Shown here: positions 9,792-20,920 of the stretch, in pieces
How the letters are laid out: each line of letters starts with the position of its first letter
Position numbering within the stretch: the stretch's first letter is position 1
Notes under the pieces: model-generated
Databases searched by the model: none
Told to the model about the DNA's origin: nothing
What the model saw: the letters and a program-made list of their open reading frames with translations, nothing else
Assembly: GCA_965223295.1 (NCBI GenBank)
Contig: CBDCWC010000002.1
Location: 352,001 to 416,000 of the forward strand
Direction of reading: 5' to 3'
DNA from: Nitrospirales bacterium
GTDB lineage: Bacteria > Nitrospirota > Nitrospiria > Nitrospirales > UBA8639
DNA length: 64,000 nt
Translations under genes and position numbers: made by a program

Positions 9792-12700
9792 GCCCTCAAT
9801 TCTTTATTGACCGTCCGATCTTTGCGTCAGTGGTCTCGATCATGATTATGGTTGTCGGTCTGGTGGCCATTCAAACGCTGCCTGTGGCGCAGTTTCCAGA
9901 AATTACTCCTCCCATGGTCCAGATTGATGCCGATTATCCCGGTGCGAGTGCTGAGGTTGTTGCCGAATCGGTCGCACGGCCCATAGAACTGCAGCTTCCT
10001 GGTATCGACAATTTACTCTATTACGACTCCACGAGCACGAACGATGGTCATATGACAATGCGGCTGACGTTCGAGATTGGGACAGATGTGGATATTGCTC
10101 AGGTCCAAACGCAAAATCGGCAGAAACTGGCCGAGCCTCAATTGCCTCCAGAAGTTGTGCGTCAAGGGATTTCGGTAAAAAAAACCTCTCCTAATCTGCT
10201 TGCGGTGATTGTGCTGGATTCCGATAACCCAAATCATGACGCGTTTTTTCTATCTAACTATGCCATTCTTCGTGTGCTCGACAATATTAAGCGATTGCCC
10301 GGCGTTGGCGATGCGTCGGTCTACGGTCAACAAAGTTACAGTATGCGCATTATTCTCGATCCTGTTCGAATGGCTCAGCTTCAGATCACTCCAACTGATA
10401 TTGCGACAGTGGTCCAAGAGCAAAACCGTAATTTTCCTGCTGGGACTCTCGGCCGGGAGCCTGCCTTGCCTGCGACTGAATTAACCATTCCAGTGATTAC
10501 GCAAGGTCGGTTGACGGAAGTCAAAGATTTTGAAGAGCTCATCGTCCGTGCCCTGCCTGATGGATCAATCGTCCGGCTGAGTGACGTGGCCCGGATTGAA
10601 CTTGGTGCTCAATCTTATAATCTCGAAGGCCAGTTTAATGGAGAGTCCACTGCATTACTGATTACGTTCTTATCTCCGGGGGCCAATGCGCTTGAAACGA
10701 TTGGACGTATTCGAACTGAATTAAAAGCCCTGACGCCAGCCTTTCCGCAGGGGATGACCTATGACATTCCCTATGACACGACTCGCTTTATCGAAGTGTC
10801 GATTAAGGAAGTTCTCCAGACCTTACTCGAGGCCATGGTCCTGGTCCTACTCGTGGTCTTTGTGTTTTTACAAAGCTGGCGTGCGACATTGATTCCAGCA
10901 CTTGCCGTGCCGGTTTCTTTAATTGGGACGTTTGCGGGAATGGAGGCTTTAGGGTTCTCGATTAATACATTAACCCTCTTTGGCATGGTCTTGGCAATCG
11001 GTATTGTCGTTGATGATGCGATTGTCGTAGTGGAAAATGTGGAACGGCACATGACCCAAGGGGGACTCTCGCCGAAAGCGGCGGCAAAGCAAGCGATGTT
11101 TGAGGTCACCGGACCTGTCATTGCCATTGTCTTGGTTTTGAGTTCTGTGTTTATTCCTGTCGCATTTTTAGGCGGGATTACGGGTGAACTCTACAAGCAA
11201 TTTGCGATCACGATCGCGTTGTCTGTTGCACTTTCTGGACTGGTGGCACTGACGTTAAGTCCAGCTCTCTGTGCACTGGTTTTGAAACCCCAACATGAAG
11301 CCCCCCAAGGCTATTGGCGACTCTTTAATAACAGCTTTGATTGGGTGCAACAACGATATTGTGCGATTGTTGCCGTGATGCTCAGGCACACCGCTCTGTC
11401 TACTCTGGTGTTTGCTGTTTTGCTATTGGGAACCTGGGGTCTATTGAAGGTTGTGCCTGGAAGTTTTTTGCCTGAAGAAGATCAAGGCTATTTTATCGTC
11501 GCGGCGCAGTTGCCTGACGGAGCTTCTAAACAACGAACAGATTCGGTGCTTCAAGAACTTGCAGATTTTTTTGGAGATGACTCTGCGGTGTACGGGACTC
11601 AAGCGCTCTCTGGACAAAATTTTATCTTTAATACCCGAGGAAGCAATAGCGCGACGATGTTTGTCCCTCTCAAGCCATGGGACGAGCGAACAGATCCAGC
11701 TTCGCATGTGAAAGCGCTGATCGGACGGGCCTACCAAAAGTTTGCGGAAATTACCGAAGGCCTTGTGTTGGCCTTCAATGCCCCGTCTATCCGCGGGTTA
11801 GGTGCGACAGGCGGCTTCTCTTTACAGGTGCAGGATCCGAGCAGTCGCGAGTTTTCTGAGTTTGCTGACGCGGTTCAAGCTTTTCTGGAAAAGGCCAAAG
11901 AAGATTCAGCTATCGGCAATGCCACGTCGAGTTTCCGCGTGACGGCTCCTCGTATGTATGCACGGGTGAATCGTGAACGCGCCAAGGCGTTAGGTATTCC
12001 TATTTCCGAAGTCTTTGATACGATGCAGGCCTACTTCGGGAATTTATACATCAATGATTTTGTGAAATTTGGCCGTGTGTACCGTGTCCAAACAGAAGCC
12101 GAGCCTGAGTATCGGTCCAGTCCTGAAGATATCAGCAAAATTTATGTGCGTGCGCAAAATGGACTCAGCGCCTCGATGGTTCCACTCAATACGGTTGTGA
12201 CCATGGAATTAGCCAGTGGGCCAGACCCCGTGACACATTTCAATGGTTTTAATACGGCTTTGGTGATGGGTTCGGCAGCGCCTGGATTCAGTTCAGGGCA
12301 GGCGTTGGATGCGTTGGAGCGAGTGGCGCAAGAGGTGTTGGTGCCCGAAGGGTATAGCATCGATTGGAGCGGGATTTCTTTTCAAGAACGAAAGGTTGGC
12401 GGGCAAACCACCATGATCTTACTCCTTGGACTCTTAATGGTCTTTCTGGTTCTTGCGGCTCAATACGAAAGTTGGTCCATTCCTTTTGCTGTTCTCTTTG
12501 CTGTGCCGTTTGGCATTTTGGGAGCCGTGACCGCTGTTTGGCTGAGAGGGTTGGACAATGATATTTACTTCCAGATTGGATTACTCACATTAATTGGATT
12601 GTCGGCCAAGAATGCCATCCTGATTATTGAGTTTGCCAATGAGCTCTATCATGAAGGCCGTTCTGCCGTGGAGGCAGCGCTGGAAGCCGCCCGACTCCGT

Positions 12701-12961
12701 TTCCGTCCTATTATTATGACATCAATGGCCTTTATCCTGGGCGTGATTCCTCTCGTGGTCGCCTCTGGAGCCGGTGCGGCGAGCCGCCATTCCATCGGTA
12801 CTGGAGTATTTGGAGGGATGTTAGCTGCCACATTTCTTGCGGTCTTTTTCGTTCCGTTCTTTTCTGTCGTGATCATGAAATTTCGGAAGGATACGCGAGA
12901 GGTTGATGAAGCACCTTATTTGACGGTCAAAGAAGCCCTTCAGCAACAAGAAGAATTGTAA
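9788..12961 (+). CDS. HAE1-type RND efflux permease (AcrB/MexB-like)
   Basis: FFIDRPIFA start, GIVVDDAIVVVENVER, SAKNAILIIEFA, RFRPIIMTS; 1057 aa. Confidence 0.96.
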   Translation: MSPQFFIDRPIFASVVSIMIMVVGLVAIQTLPVAQFPEITPPMVQIDADYPGASAEVVAESVARPIELQLPGIDNLLYYDSTSTNDGHMTMRLTFEIGTDVDIAQVQTQNRQKLAEPQLPPEVVRQGISVKKTSPNLLAVIVLDSDNPNHDAFFLSNYAILRVLDNIKRLPGVGDASVYGQQSYSMRIILDPVRMAQLQITPTDIATVVQEQNRNFPAGTLGREPALPATELTIPVITQGRLTEVKDFEELIVRALPDGSIVRLSDVARIELGAQSYNLEGQFNGESTALLITFLSPGANALETIGRIRTELKALTPAFPQGMTYDIPYDTTRFIEVSIKEVLQTLLEAMVLVLLVVFVFLQSWRATLIPALAVPVSLIGTFAGMEALGFSINTLTLFGMVLAIGIVVDDAIVVVENVERHMTQGGLSPKAAAKQAMFEVTGPVIAIVLVLSSVFIPVAFLGGITGELYKQFAITIALSVALSGLVALTLSPALCALVLKPQHEAPQGYWRLFNNSFDWVQQRYCAIVAVMLRHTALSTLVFAVLLLGTWGLLKVVPGSFLPEEDQGYFIVAAQLPDGASKQRTDSVLQELADFFGDDSAVYGTQALSGQNFIFNTRGSNSATMFVPLKPWDERTDPASHVKALIGRAYQKFAEITEGLVLAFNAPSIRGLGATGGFSLQVQDPSSREFSEFADAVQAFLEKAKEDSAIGNATSSFRVTAPRMYARVNRERAKALGIPISEVFDTMQAYFGNLYINDFVKFGRVYRVQTEAEPEYRSSPEDISKIYVRAQNGLSASMVPLNTVVTMELASGPDPVTHFNGFNTALVMGSAAPGFSSGQALDALERVAQEVLVPEGYSIDWSGISFQERKVGGQTTMILLLGLLMVFLVLAAQYESWSIPFAVLFAVPFGILGAVTAVWLRGLDNDIYFQIGLLTLIGLSAKNAILIIEFANELYHEGRSAVEAALEAARLRFRPIIMTSMAFILGVIPLVVASGAGAASRHSIGTGVFGGMLAATFLAVFFVPFFSVVIMKFRKDTREVDEAPYLTVKEALQQQEEL

Positions 12962-12962
12962 G

Positions 12963-14381
12963 ATGCCATTAATTTTCGTTTTTATGCTTATGGCTCTCAG
13001 TGGCTGTGCCGTTGGCCCTGATTATTCTCGGCCTGAGTTGTCAGTGCCTCAAGATTTCCAGCGAGCTGAAACGGCTAGCTCTGTCGAGTCACTAGCGAAT
13101 GTTCCCTGGTGGGAACTCCTAAAAGATTCGACTTTGCAAAAACTTGTTCATACGGCACTTGAAAAAAACAGGGATCTCCAGCAGGCGGTCGCAAGCATCG
13201 AAGAATTCGAAGCTCGTTTGTATGTGGCACGAACCGGTTTTGTGCCACAAGCCACAGGGAGCGCCAGATTTCCCGCTCTGGGGCGAACCAGTAACGGTGT
13301 CCGGTTTCCGGGTGCCCCTGGAACATTTAATTATTCCCTTCAGGGCGATTTATCCTGGGAACTGGATGTGTGGGGGCGCATTCGCCGATCAACAGGAGCG
13401 GCATTAGCTGATCTGTTAGCTCGTGAAGAGAATCAACGAGCGGTTGTGCTTAACTTGGTGAGTGGTGTGGCCCAATCTTATTTTGATTTATTGCAATTCG
13501 ATATGCAGCTCGATATTGCTAAAGAAACCCTTGAATCCTGGGAGGAATCGGTAAAGATTGCACAGGCGAGGCTGAAAAGCGGCGTCACCTCACGGCTTGA
13601 TGCCGATCAATTCGAAGGTGAGCGAGCGAATGCGGCGGCGCGAGTGGCACAGCTTGAACGTTCGACGATTCAGAAAGAAAATGAGCTGAGTGTTCTTCTT
13701 GGCCAGCACCCCACTCCCATTGCCAGAGGGACGCGTCTGACCGATCAAGTGGTCCCACCTGAAGTGCCCGCGGGGTTACCCTCAGAATTATTGCGTCGTC
13801 GTCCAGATATTGTGCGAACGGAACATGAGTTGGTGGCGGCCACGGAACGAATCGGAGTGGCGAAGGCTGACCGCTTTCCAAAGATTAGCCTCACAGGTAT
13901 TCTGGGCGTGGCGAGCCCCCGGCTTTCCAAACTAATTGGATCAGACACCAAATTTGGTGCGGCTGGGTTCGACATTTTGGGTCCGGTGTTGAATGCCCAA
14001 ACACTGGGTTTTCAGCAAGATGTGGCGGAAGCCCAAGCCAAGCAAGCTCTCGCGCAATACGAGCAAACAGTTCTTGTGGCATTCAAGGAAGTAGAGGATG
14101 CGTTAATTGCGGTGCAGACTGCCCGGCGGCAGCGTCAGGCTCAAGTTGAGCAGGTGGAGGCTCTGCGTTCAGCTCTGCGGCTTTCGAATCTTCGCTATAA
14201 GGGTGGAGTCACGAGTTACATTGATGTCCTCATTGCTAAGCGCAGTTTGTTTGAAGCCGAATTGTCTCTGGCCGAAACTCACCGTCTTCACCTGGTCTCG
14301 ATAGTCCAGTTGTACAAGGCCTTAGGTGGAGGCTGGCAAGTCGAAAACTCACCAAATATGACGGCAAAGAGTACACGCTAG
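12963..14381 (+). CDS. Efflux outer membrane lipoprotein (OprM/NodT family)
   Basis: Lipobox LSGC-AVGPDY, SWELDVWGRIRR, PSELLRRRPDI, LYKALGGGW. Confidence 0.95.
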   Translation: MPLIFVFMLMALSGCAVGPDYSRPELSVPQDFQRAETASSVESLANVPWWELLKDSTLQKLVHTALEKNRDLQQAVASIEEFEARLYVARTGFVPQATGSARFPALGRTSNGVRFPGAPGTFNYSLQGDLSWELDVWGRIRRSTGAALADLLAREENQRAVVLNLVSGVAQSYFDLLQFDMQLDIAKETLESWEESVKIAQARLKSGVTSRLDADQFEGERANAAARVAQLERSTIQKENELSVLLGQHPTPIARGTRLTDQVVPPEVPAGLPSELLRRRPDIVRTEHELVAATERIGVAKADRFPKISLTGILGVASPRLSKLIGSDTKFGAAGFDILGPVLNAQTLGFQQDVAEAQAKQALAQYEQTVLVAFKEVEDALIAVQTARRQRQAQVEQVEALRSALRLSNLRYKGGVTSYIDVLIAKRSLFEAELSLAETHRLHLVSIVQLYKALGGGWQVENSPNMTAKSTR

Positions 14382-14510
14382 AGGTTGTCTAAAAAATCGT
14401 TCACTGTCCTGGTCTTCTCGATGTTTCAGGAGCACGGCGAGAAGCTGTATGATTCTTATGGCTGCCTTTATTGAAAGGCCTATTGGCTAGTCCTCCTACT
14501 TGTATTAATT

Positions 14511-15326
14511 TCAGAGACCGAACTTCGACTTGATGCCTTTCAAAAAGGTGGTGTCATCGGCTACCTTGCGTTGGGCTATCATCTGAGCAGCATCGTCACC
14601 GGCTGTGTAGCGAAGCTGGTTGCTTCCGTCAGTTGCTGCTTTGTAAATCACTTCAGATACGACAACAGGTTCCGACCCCGCCTCACCAAGTGGTCCCATT
14701 GCCTCGGTTGCCTTGCCAACTAACGCTTGATACTCCTGTATGGTCTCATCATTCGAAAAATCGAATGACCGGCCACCAAAATCGGTTTTAACCATGCCTG
14801 GCTCGACAATCTTGACCTTCACTCCAATCGCTTCCATCTCAAAACTGAGTGCTTCTGACAATCCCTCCACTGCGAACTTTGACCCGTGATAAAGCGTGCC
14901 AAGAGGAAACCCTACTTTGCCTCCAACTGACGCAATGTTGATGATGATTCCCGAGTGGTTTCTTCGAAAGTGAGGTATGATGGCCTTCGTGGTTTCCAAA
15001 AGCCCGATTACGTTTACGTCGAATTGCCGTCGAATCTTCTCAACGGGTACTGCTTCTAGCACGCCATAGGCTCCGTACCCAGCGTTGTTGAGCAGCACGT
15101 CAATTTTTCTGAAACGCTCGATTCCTGCCGCAACGGCTTGGTTAATCGAGGCACTGTCTAGAACGTCCAGTCTTTCAACCAGAACGTTGTCGTACTTTTT
15201 GAGGTCTTGCTCAGCTTCGGGCTTCCGCATGGTCGCAATGACGTTCCACCCCTTTTTCTGAAAGTATTGTGCTGTCATGCGACCGATGCCGCTGCTTGCT
15301 CCGGTAATCAGAATAGTCTTGGCCAC
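14511..15326 (-). CDS. SDR family oxidoreductase
   Basis: TGASSGIG, NNAG and YHGSK catalytic motif. Confidence 0.93.
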   Translation of the reverse strand: MAKTILITGASSGIGRMTAQYFQKKGWNVIATMRKPEAEQDLKKYDNVLVERLDVLDSASINQAVAAGIERFRKIDVLLNNAGYGAYGVLEAVPVEKIRRQFDVNVIGLLETTKAIIPHFRRNHSGIIINIASVGGKVGFPLGTLYHGSKFAVEGLSEALSFEMEAIGVKVKIVEPGMVKTDFGGRSFDFSNDETIQEYQALVGKATEAMGPLGEAGSEPVVVSEVIYKAATDGSNQLRYTAGDDAAQMIAQRKVADDTTFLKGIKSKFGL

Positions 15327-15378
15327 GGTCTCTATCTCCTCACGTACAGGATTGATGTGTTTCTATTTAGTGCTGTTG

Positions 15379-16986
15379 TTAAAAGTCCTTGCGTTTCAAT
15401 TTGCCAACCAGTAAAACCCAAAGCATGGCCCCGATACGACTCCACGATGGCCGGATTGCATATTTAGTGGCCTGTTTGCAAAGGTCATAAAAGTTTCGCT
15501 TGTTGGTCAGCAGCATGTGGCCTGGCGACATGAAAGAGCAGGTAACAATTGACTTGTCCACGTTTTCGAAACTCATCAGATTTCCGAAGTTCCCGTGACC
15601 TGAAACAAACTCCTTACCTTCTTCGTTGCCGCCCCAGGTCAGATACGGATTCATGAAAACAAAGGGCGGCATGGTGTTCACCGCAATCCCGCCATATTCA
15701 AGGTTGGTAACTGCCTGGTCGACAATTCCCTGATGCTTTGTCTGGGTGTCATCATCGACCAGAATGCAGGCCCCAAGAGTTCCGAGCAGCTTGGAATTAC
15801 AGAAACCTACCGCTTGGGAAAGGAACGCTGAAGCATCTGCTGGGGTGTCTAAGGCAACCTCACCAAAGACCTGGCAGAACGCTTCATGGGTAACGCCAAA
15901 ACCGTTTTCGGGAATGTCCTCAATGAGCTGCACCTCAGAGTTGGCTATGGCGCCGTCTTCAGGACGAATGACCTTGCCGCTGGGATGTTGCATGCGAAAC
16001 TCGGCAAATATTTTCTCAGTTCCAGGATAGTAGGTAGTTGATCCAGGCGTTCCCTCACGTATAGCTTTCTCCATTGCATCTAGAAAGTTACGACGTTGTG
16101 GCCAATTGCGACACGTCACGAGCGTTTGGACCCGGCCGCAAACGGCTCCGCCGTTTAGTTTTCCCATCGTGACAATCTGCATCGCGTGATGCTCTATTTC
16201 TTTCTCGGTCCACGGTCGGTCTCCAGGAATAATGATGCAGGGATTGTTTCCCCCGCATTCTGAAATCAATTCCGCTGGTGAACTGGCCATGATAGCCTTC
16301 GCGGTGGAACTGCCGCCAGTGAAGTAAATCTGCTTGAGTCGGTTATCGCCAGTGAGATCTTGCCCTCCATCGTGATTGCAAAAACTGACCGCACGGTAAT
16401 CTACAAGTGGCTTGAGTATCTCTTCCCAAACGGCATCGCTTTCGGCGTTTAGATGATGCGGTTTGTGCACCACAGCACAGTTCTCAATAAATAAGGCTCG
16501 AATCATCTCGAATGATGACCCATAGTTGCCCGCACCAAGTACAGCGATAATGCCGCCTTCTTTATCCAACGGGTTTACTTGCTTGGGCTCACCTTTGACT
16601 CGCAAGATTCCCTTCTGGTCGGAATTGAGAAGCTTGTCCTTTGCCTGAATCGGAAAAACGACCAAGTCATACAGTCCATCCGCAACTTTGTGTGTTTCCT
16701 TCGGTTGCGGCATCTCCCCTTTCATCAATAGTTGATAGACGTCGATGCAAGCGCTAACATTGCTTGCCAGCGGGACGACGGTGGCCTGCATTGAGGTTCC
16801 CACCTGATGAATGTTGGATGATTCGTTCGGCGTGAGTTTCTTCATCCGGCAATCGGCCTCGACCAATTTGGGCCATTGGCGTTCAATGCTCTGCTGAACC
16901 TCTTTCAGCAGTCGCAGCTTCTCTTTGGCTGAAGTCTTCCTCCACTTCTCTGGTTCTACCCAATCGAGGGCTTCGTTTGCTTTCAT
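15379..16986 (-). CDS. Aldehyde dehydrogenase family protein
   Basis: GAGNY, YFTGG, SECGGNNP, catalytic Cys in GAVCG, EAFC. Start set at MKANEAL (16986), since the longer ORF overlaps the TetR gene. Confidence 0.85.
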   Translation of the reverse strand: MKANEALDWVEPEKWRKTSAKEKLRLLKEVQQSIERQWPKLVEADCRMKKLTPNESSNIHQVGTSMQATVVPLASNVSACIDVYQLLMKGEMPQPKETHKVADGLYDLVVFPIQAKDKLLNSDQKGILRVKGEPKQVNPLDKEGGIIAVLGAGNYGSSFEMIRALFIENCAVVHKPHHLNAESDAVWEEILKPLVDYRAVSFCNHDGGQDLTGDNRLKQIYFTGGSSTAKAIMASSPAELISECGGNNPCIIIPGDRPWTEKEIEHHAMQIVTMGKLNGGAVCGRVQTLVTCRNWPQRRNFLDAMEKAIREGTPGSTTYYPGTEKIFAEFRMQHPSGKVIRPEDGAIANSEVQLIEDIPENGFGVTHEAFCQVFGEVALDTPADASAFLSQAVGFCNSKLLGTLGACILVDDDTQTKHQGIVDQAVTNLEYGGIAVNTMPPFVFMNPYLTWGGNEEGKEFVSGHGNFGNLMSFENVDKSIVTCSFMSPGHMLLTNKRNFYDLCKQATKYAIRPSWSRIGAMLWVLLVGKLKRKDF

Positions 16987-17047
16987 GTTAGAACTCCCGA
17001 GGTTCACATGTTTCGCTGGACGGTCGATGCTGCTTGCGATTACACTG

Positions 17048-17087
17048 ATAGCCGACCGACGGTCTGGAGTATAGCCGACCGACGGTC
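17048..17087. promoter_or_regulatory. Tandem TetR operator sites
   Basis: Exact 17-bp direct repeat ATAGCCGACCGACGGTC at 17048 and 17071, each holding the palindrome GACCG-A-CGGTC, between divergent ALDH and TetR genes. Confidence 0.8.
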
Positions 17088-17120
17088 GAATATCAATGCC
17101 TCCATGGAAAACTGCTTTGC

Positions 17121-17750
17121 ATGAGCTGGGAACGAGCACGAAAACCCGAACAGAAGGCCGACAGGGTCGAACAAATACTGATGGGGGCAGCTGAGCTCTT
17201 CGATGCCGGTGAGTTTTCAGATATTTCGATGCGTGGCCTCGCCGAGAAGTCCCAAATGGGCAAGGCAAGCCTCTATCAATATTTCGAGACGAAAGAGGAG
17301 GTGTTTGCCTCGCTCTACTGCCGAGAACTCGAGTTGTGGCTTACATCCGTCGAACAACGGTTAGCAAGAATGCGAAAGCTTACTCCTGCCCGCCTGGCTC
17401 ACACTCTAGCAACTATTCTGAAGGAGCATCCGAGATTCTGTCGCCTGACAGTGTTGTTCTCCAGTGTCCTGGAACGCAATTTATCTGACCACGCGATAGT
17501 GACATTCAAATCATCTCTGGTGGAACCCATGAACCGCTTTGTCCAGGTATTGACCTCAGTTTATCCTGGGTTCTCGAAGAATGATGCGGCAGAGTTCTTA
17601 TTTCAGCATCATGCGGTTATCGCTGGATTATGGCCACTGGCGCATCCTTCGCCTCAGGTAGATGCTGTGCTCGATTATAAGGAATTCCAACACTTTCGCG
17701 TCGACTTCTTTCCGCTGATTGAACGGACCCTTCAGAGATTGCTGGTATGA
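17121..17750 (+). CDS. TetR/AcrR family transcriptional regulator
   Basis: N-terminal HTH ISMRGLAEKSQMGKASLYQYFETKEEVF. Confidence 0.92.
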   Translation: MSWERARKPEQKADRVEQILMGAAELFDAGEFSDISMRGLAEKSQMGKASLYQYFETKEEVFASLYCRELELWLTSVEQRLARMRKLTPARLAHTLATILKEHPRFCRLTVLFSSVLERNLSDHAIVTFKSSLVEPMNRFVQVLTSVYPGFSKNDAAEFLFQHHAVIAGLWPLAHPSPQVDAVLDYKEFQHFRVDFFPLIERTLQRLLV

Positions 17751-17866
17751 CTCTGTTGGCCAACACAACAGAAGCATCCCTCTTGGAAAACTTTGTTATG
17801 ATGCTTTGCTCAAGTAGAAATCTAGTCTAATAATGGTGCGCAAGTGGCCATAGACATTTCTCATCA

Positions 17867-18132
17867 GGGAATGTTGAAAAAAGTCGCCGCCTACTCCGCC
17901 GGAGTAACTCGATGGGCTACGAAGGCCGGGAGCGGCGTTCCCTGCCTTCGCCGGAGCGGTTTCGCGCAGGCAGGTCGCCCTTTTCCCGTGCTCACGTAAT
18001 ACCAGTACGCTCCATGCGGAACAATGGCTGCGGCCTTTCTGGACGGACTTTTTTGATCATTCCCGTCGCATCGAGGTCTCCACTGCACTGAAAGCGTTTT
18101 TGTAACTTGAAATTGAATTATTCAACAACCCC
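17867..18132 (+). repeat. MITE-like intergenic repeat, copy 1
   Basis: Starts GGGAATGTTGAAAAAA, has an inner inverted end TTTTTGATCATTCCC and an outer end TTATTCAACAACCCC; homologous to copies at 26616, 29811, 49479 and 54790. Confidence 0.8.
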
Positions 18133-18372
18133 CATCATTACGACACTAAGATCACTACGCATTGGTGAGAAATGTACTTTTTGCATGGAAAGTGAGAGCA
18201 TTGTGCTCTGATGCTGTTCGCCAAGGGACACGTATTAACAACAGGTGTAGACTGGGAGACGTGCCGGAAGGCTGACTGTGACTCAAGACATACAAATAAA
18301 AATTTTATGTGTAATAATCTTTCCTTCACTCTCCCAAGCATAGTAATTCTTTCATGAATTTAAGGGTTCTCC

Positions 18373-18756
18373 GTGATAGAAATTGATCACTTAGACCATT
18401 TGGTTCTCACGGTTACTGATATTGAAAAGACCGTAGACTTTTACGAAATGGTTTTAGGCATGAAGCAAGTTTCATATGGTGAAGGTCGCATAGCCTTATC
18501 ATTCGGGAATCAGAAAATTAACTGGCATCAACTTGGTCAAGAATTTGAGCCAAAAGCTGAGAATGTAGGTGTGGGTAATGTTGATCTATGTTTTATATTA
18601 AAAACGAACATTGAGGAAGCCCAAAGATATCTTGAGCAATGTGGGATTAAAATTATAGATGGGCCTGTAGCACGAACTGGAGCGGGCGGTAAAATGACAT
18701 CACTCTATTTTAGGGACCCGGATCTGAATCTGATCGAAGTCTCGAAATACGTGTGA
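18373..18756 (+). CDS. VOC family protein
   Basis: LDHLVLTVTDI, GPVARTGA, SLYFRDPDLNLIEV. Confidence 0.9.
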   Translation: MIEIDHLDHLVLTVTDIEKTVDFYEMVLGMKQVSYGEGRIALSFGNQKINWHQLGQEFEPKAENVGVGNVDLCFILKTNIEEAQRYLEQCGIKIIDGPVARTGAGGKMTSLYFRDPDLNLIEVSKYV

Positions 18757-18882
18757 GCAAATGACGACTATTGATCTCAAACGGGCCTTCGCGTTTTATT
18801 CGATATAGCTGCGTTCCGCTGAATTTTTGCGGGATAAATAGTTGTTTCCGGGCTAAGATTTGTTATCACTATCGGAGCAAGT

Positions 18883-19263
18883 ATGGCTCACTATATCGAC
18901 GGATTCGTTTTGCCTATTTCGCGAGATCGCCTAGACGAGTATAGGCGTCTTGCTGAAGCAGTTGCAGATATTTGGAAGGAACACGGTGCGCTCGATTACA
19001 GGGAATATGTCAGCGACGACTTGATATTGGAGGGAACGCGCTCATTCATTGATCTCGCAGCCGCAACCGAGGGTGAAGCCATCGTGTTTGGATGGGTGGT
19101 ATTTGAATCTCGTGAGGCACGTGATTTAGCAAATAAAAAGGTCGCGGCAGACCCAAGAATGGCGGATTTGATCAATTCATCGAATTCAGGTTTTGATGCT
19201 AAACGGATGGCATACGGCGGGTTCCGATCGTTTGTTCTATCATCTAACGCCAGCGCCGGATAA
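18883..19263 (+). CDS. DUF1428 (YbaA-like) family protein
   Basis: YIDGFVLP, WKEHGAL.Y.E, ADPRM, FDAKRM.YGGF motifs. Confidence 0.85.
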   Translation: MAHYIDGFVLPISRDRLDEYRRLAEAVADIWKEHGALDYREYVSDDLILEGTRSFIDLAAATEGEAIVFGWVVFESREARDLANKKVAADPRMADLINSSNSGFDAKRMAYGGFRSFVLSSNASAG

Positions 19264-19635
19264 CAAATCGCTCCAATTACCGCGCTGCAGCGGACGTTTT
19301 TGGCCAAGACTCTGTCGAACAGCTTAAAACGATCGCCAAAGAGTCTATCGTCAGACAGTAAACTTCCAAGTTCCACCCAAAGCGGATATTCATTTTATAA
19401 TCATTAACAGTTCTGCGAATTACCAGAAGAAAACGGTCAAACTCATTAGACCTTCTTTTCATTTCCAACACGGCCCTCAAAGAAGGAAGCTCTACCTTTT
19501 AAGAAAACTCGAGTAAGGGTGTCTTTTATGGGGCGAAGATTGATGCCAAAACTTTCTCATTAGATTTTTCACAATGGTGGGCACCGAGAAAATTCCCAAA
19601 TGTCCTCGACTCACGTTTATGTCAATTCCCTTAAC

Positions 19636-20920
19636 AGAGGTGGCCAGATTTTTTTGAACAGTTAATGGTGTTGCTATAAGTGGATCGCTCCTGGTTGAAA
19701 TTAGGCCGCTCGGGGCTACGGCTGTTGCTGAAAATACACTTGATCTGGTGTCTGCCCTCCAAGACTCGAATGCGGACGGCGACTATTGTAAAACTGGAAA
19801 TAGCGTGTAAGTCCTGCTCTTGCCACTGAGACTGACTCATAGGCCCGTCAGTACACTTCTTCGTATTTCACCGATCGCCAGAGGCGTTCAACGAAGATAT
19901 TGTCTCGCCAAGCTCCACACCCATCTATACTGAAGCAAATACCTTGGGCCTTGAGAAACCCTACAAAGACGAGACTGGTGAACTGACTCCCTTGATCAGT
20001 ATTCAAGATGTCCGGTGTCCCATATTGAGTGACGGCCTCTGCAACCACCTCATGACAGAACTGGACGTCCATGGTAATTGACCTGCGCCAGGCAAGGACG
20101 CGGCGCGTAGACCAATCGACCACGGCCACCAAGGAGACAAAGCCTTGGGCCAGCGGGATATACGTGATATCCATGGCCCAGACCTGGTTCACGCGAGTAA
20201 TTGCCAGAGATCCCGCAACCAATACGGATACACCTGATGGGTTGGATGGCGCCTGTGGTTCTGGGCTTGCGATACAGGGCTTCAAACCCCATTGGCTTTC
20301 ATTAGCTTGCCCACATGCTTAGGCCCAACTGTCAGACCTTCCTGTCGCAAGAGCGCTTGAAGCATCCGGGCTCTAGCAAATGGGAACTCAAGATGCAACT
20401 GATCAATCCGATTCATGAGGCACTGGTCCTCTTCGGAGATCGGCTTGGGCCGATAATGGAGACAACTGCGGCTGATCTCCAGGATCTTCGCCTGTTTGGT
20501 TAGTGAAATCTGCTGCGTGCGGGCAATCATCGTTTTGCGCTCAGCATGTCCGCTTTGGTAAGCGCGTTTTCTAAACAATCATTTTCCTAGGTCAACTCGC
20601 CAATCTTCGCATGAAGGTTTTTCACATCAACGGGGGCCGGAGTTGACTCGCTTCCTTCAAACACCCCTGAGGCGCGTTCCAGGAGCAAGGTCTTCCATTG
20701 GGTAATTGGATTCGGATGGACATCGAAACGTTGAGCGAGTTCCGCCACTGTCTGCTCGCCCTTGATGGCGGCCAGGGCCACTTTGGCCTTAAAGACGGGG
20801 GAATGGTTCCGCCTAGGTCGTCTGCTCATAACTACGCTCCTTTCATCAGTAGCCGGATCATGCCACCTTGTGCGGAGCCTATCCTCTTAAGCCCTTGTGC
20901 AGTTTCTTGGGACCACCTCT
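19636..20920 (-). mobile_element. IS3-family insertion sequence, full length but inactivated
   Basis: Imperfect 25-bp terminal inverted repeats (AGAGGTGG-N11-TG[A/C]ACA) at both ends; OrfA (SPVFKAKVALAA) and OrfB DDE motifs (WAMDITY, NTDQGSQF, DNIFVERLWRSVKYE). Confidence 0.88.
19713..20829 (-). pseudogene. IS3 transposase OrfAB pseudogene
   Basis: TAG inside OrfA (GELT*ENDC), frameshifts near 20285-20230, and an in-frame TGA at 19848-19850 (EEVY*RAYES...FYNSRRPHSSL). Confidence 0.85.

Noticed and set aside
16987-17268. N-terminal extension of the ALDH ORF in the ORF track
   Set aside because: It overlaps the TetR gene and the operator and is not ALDH-like.
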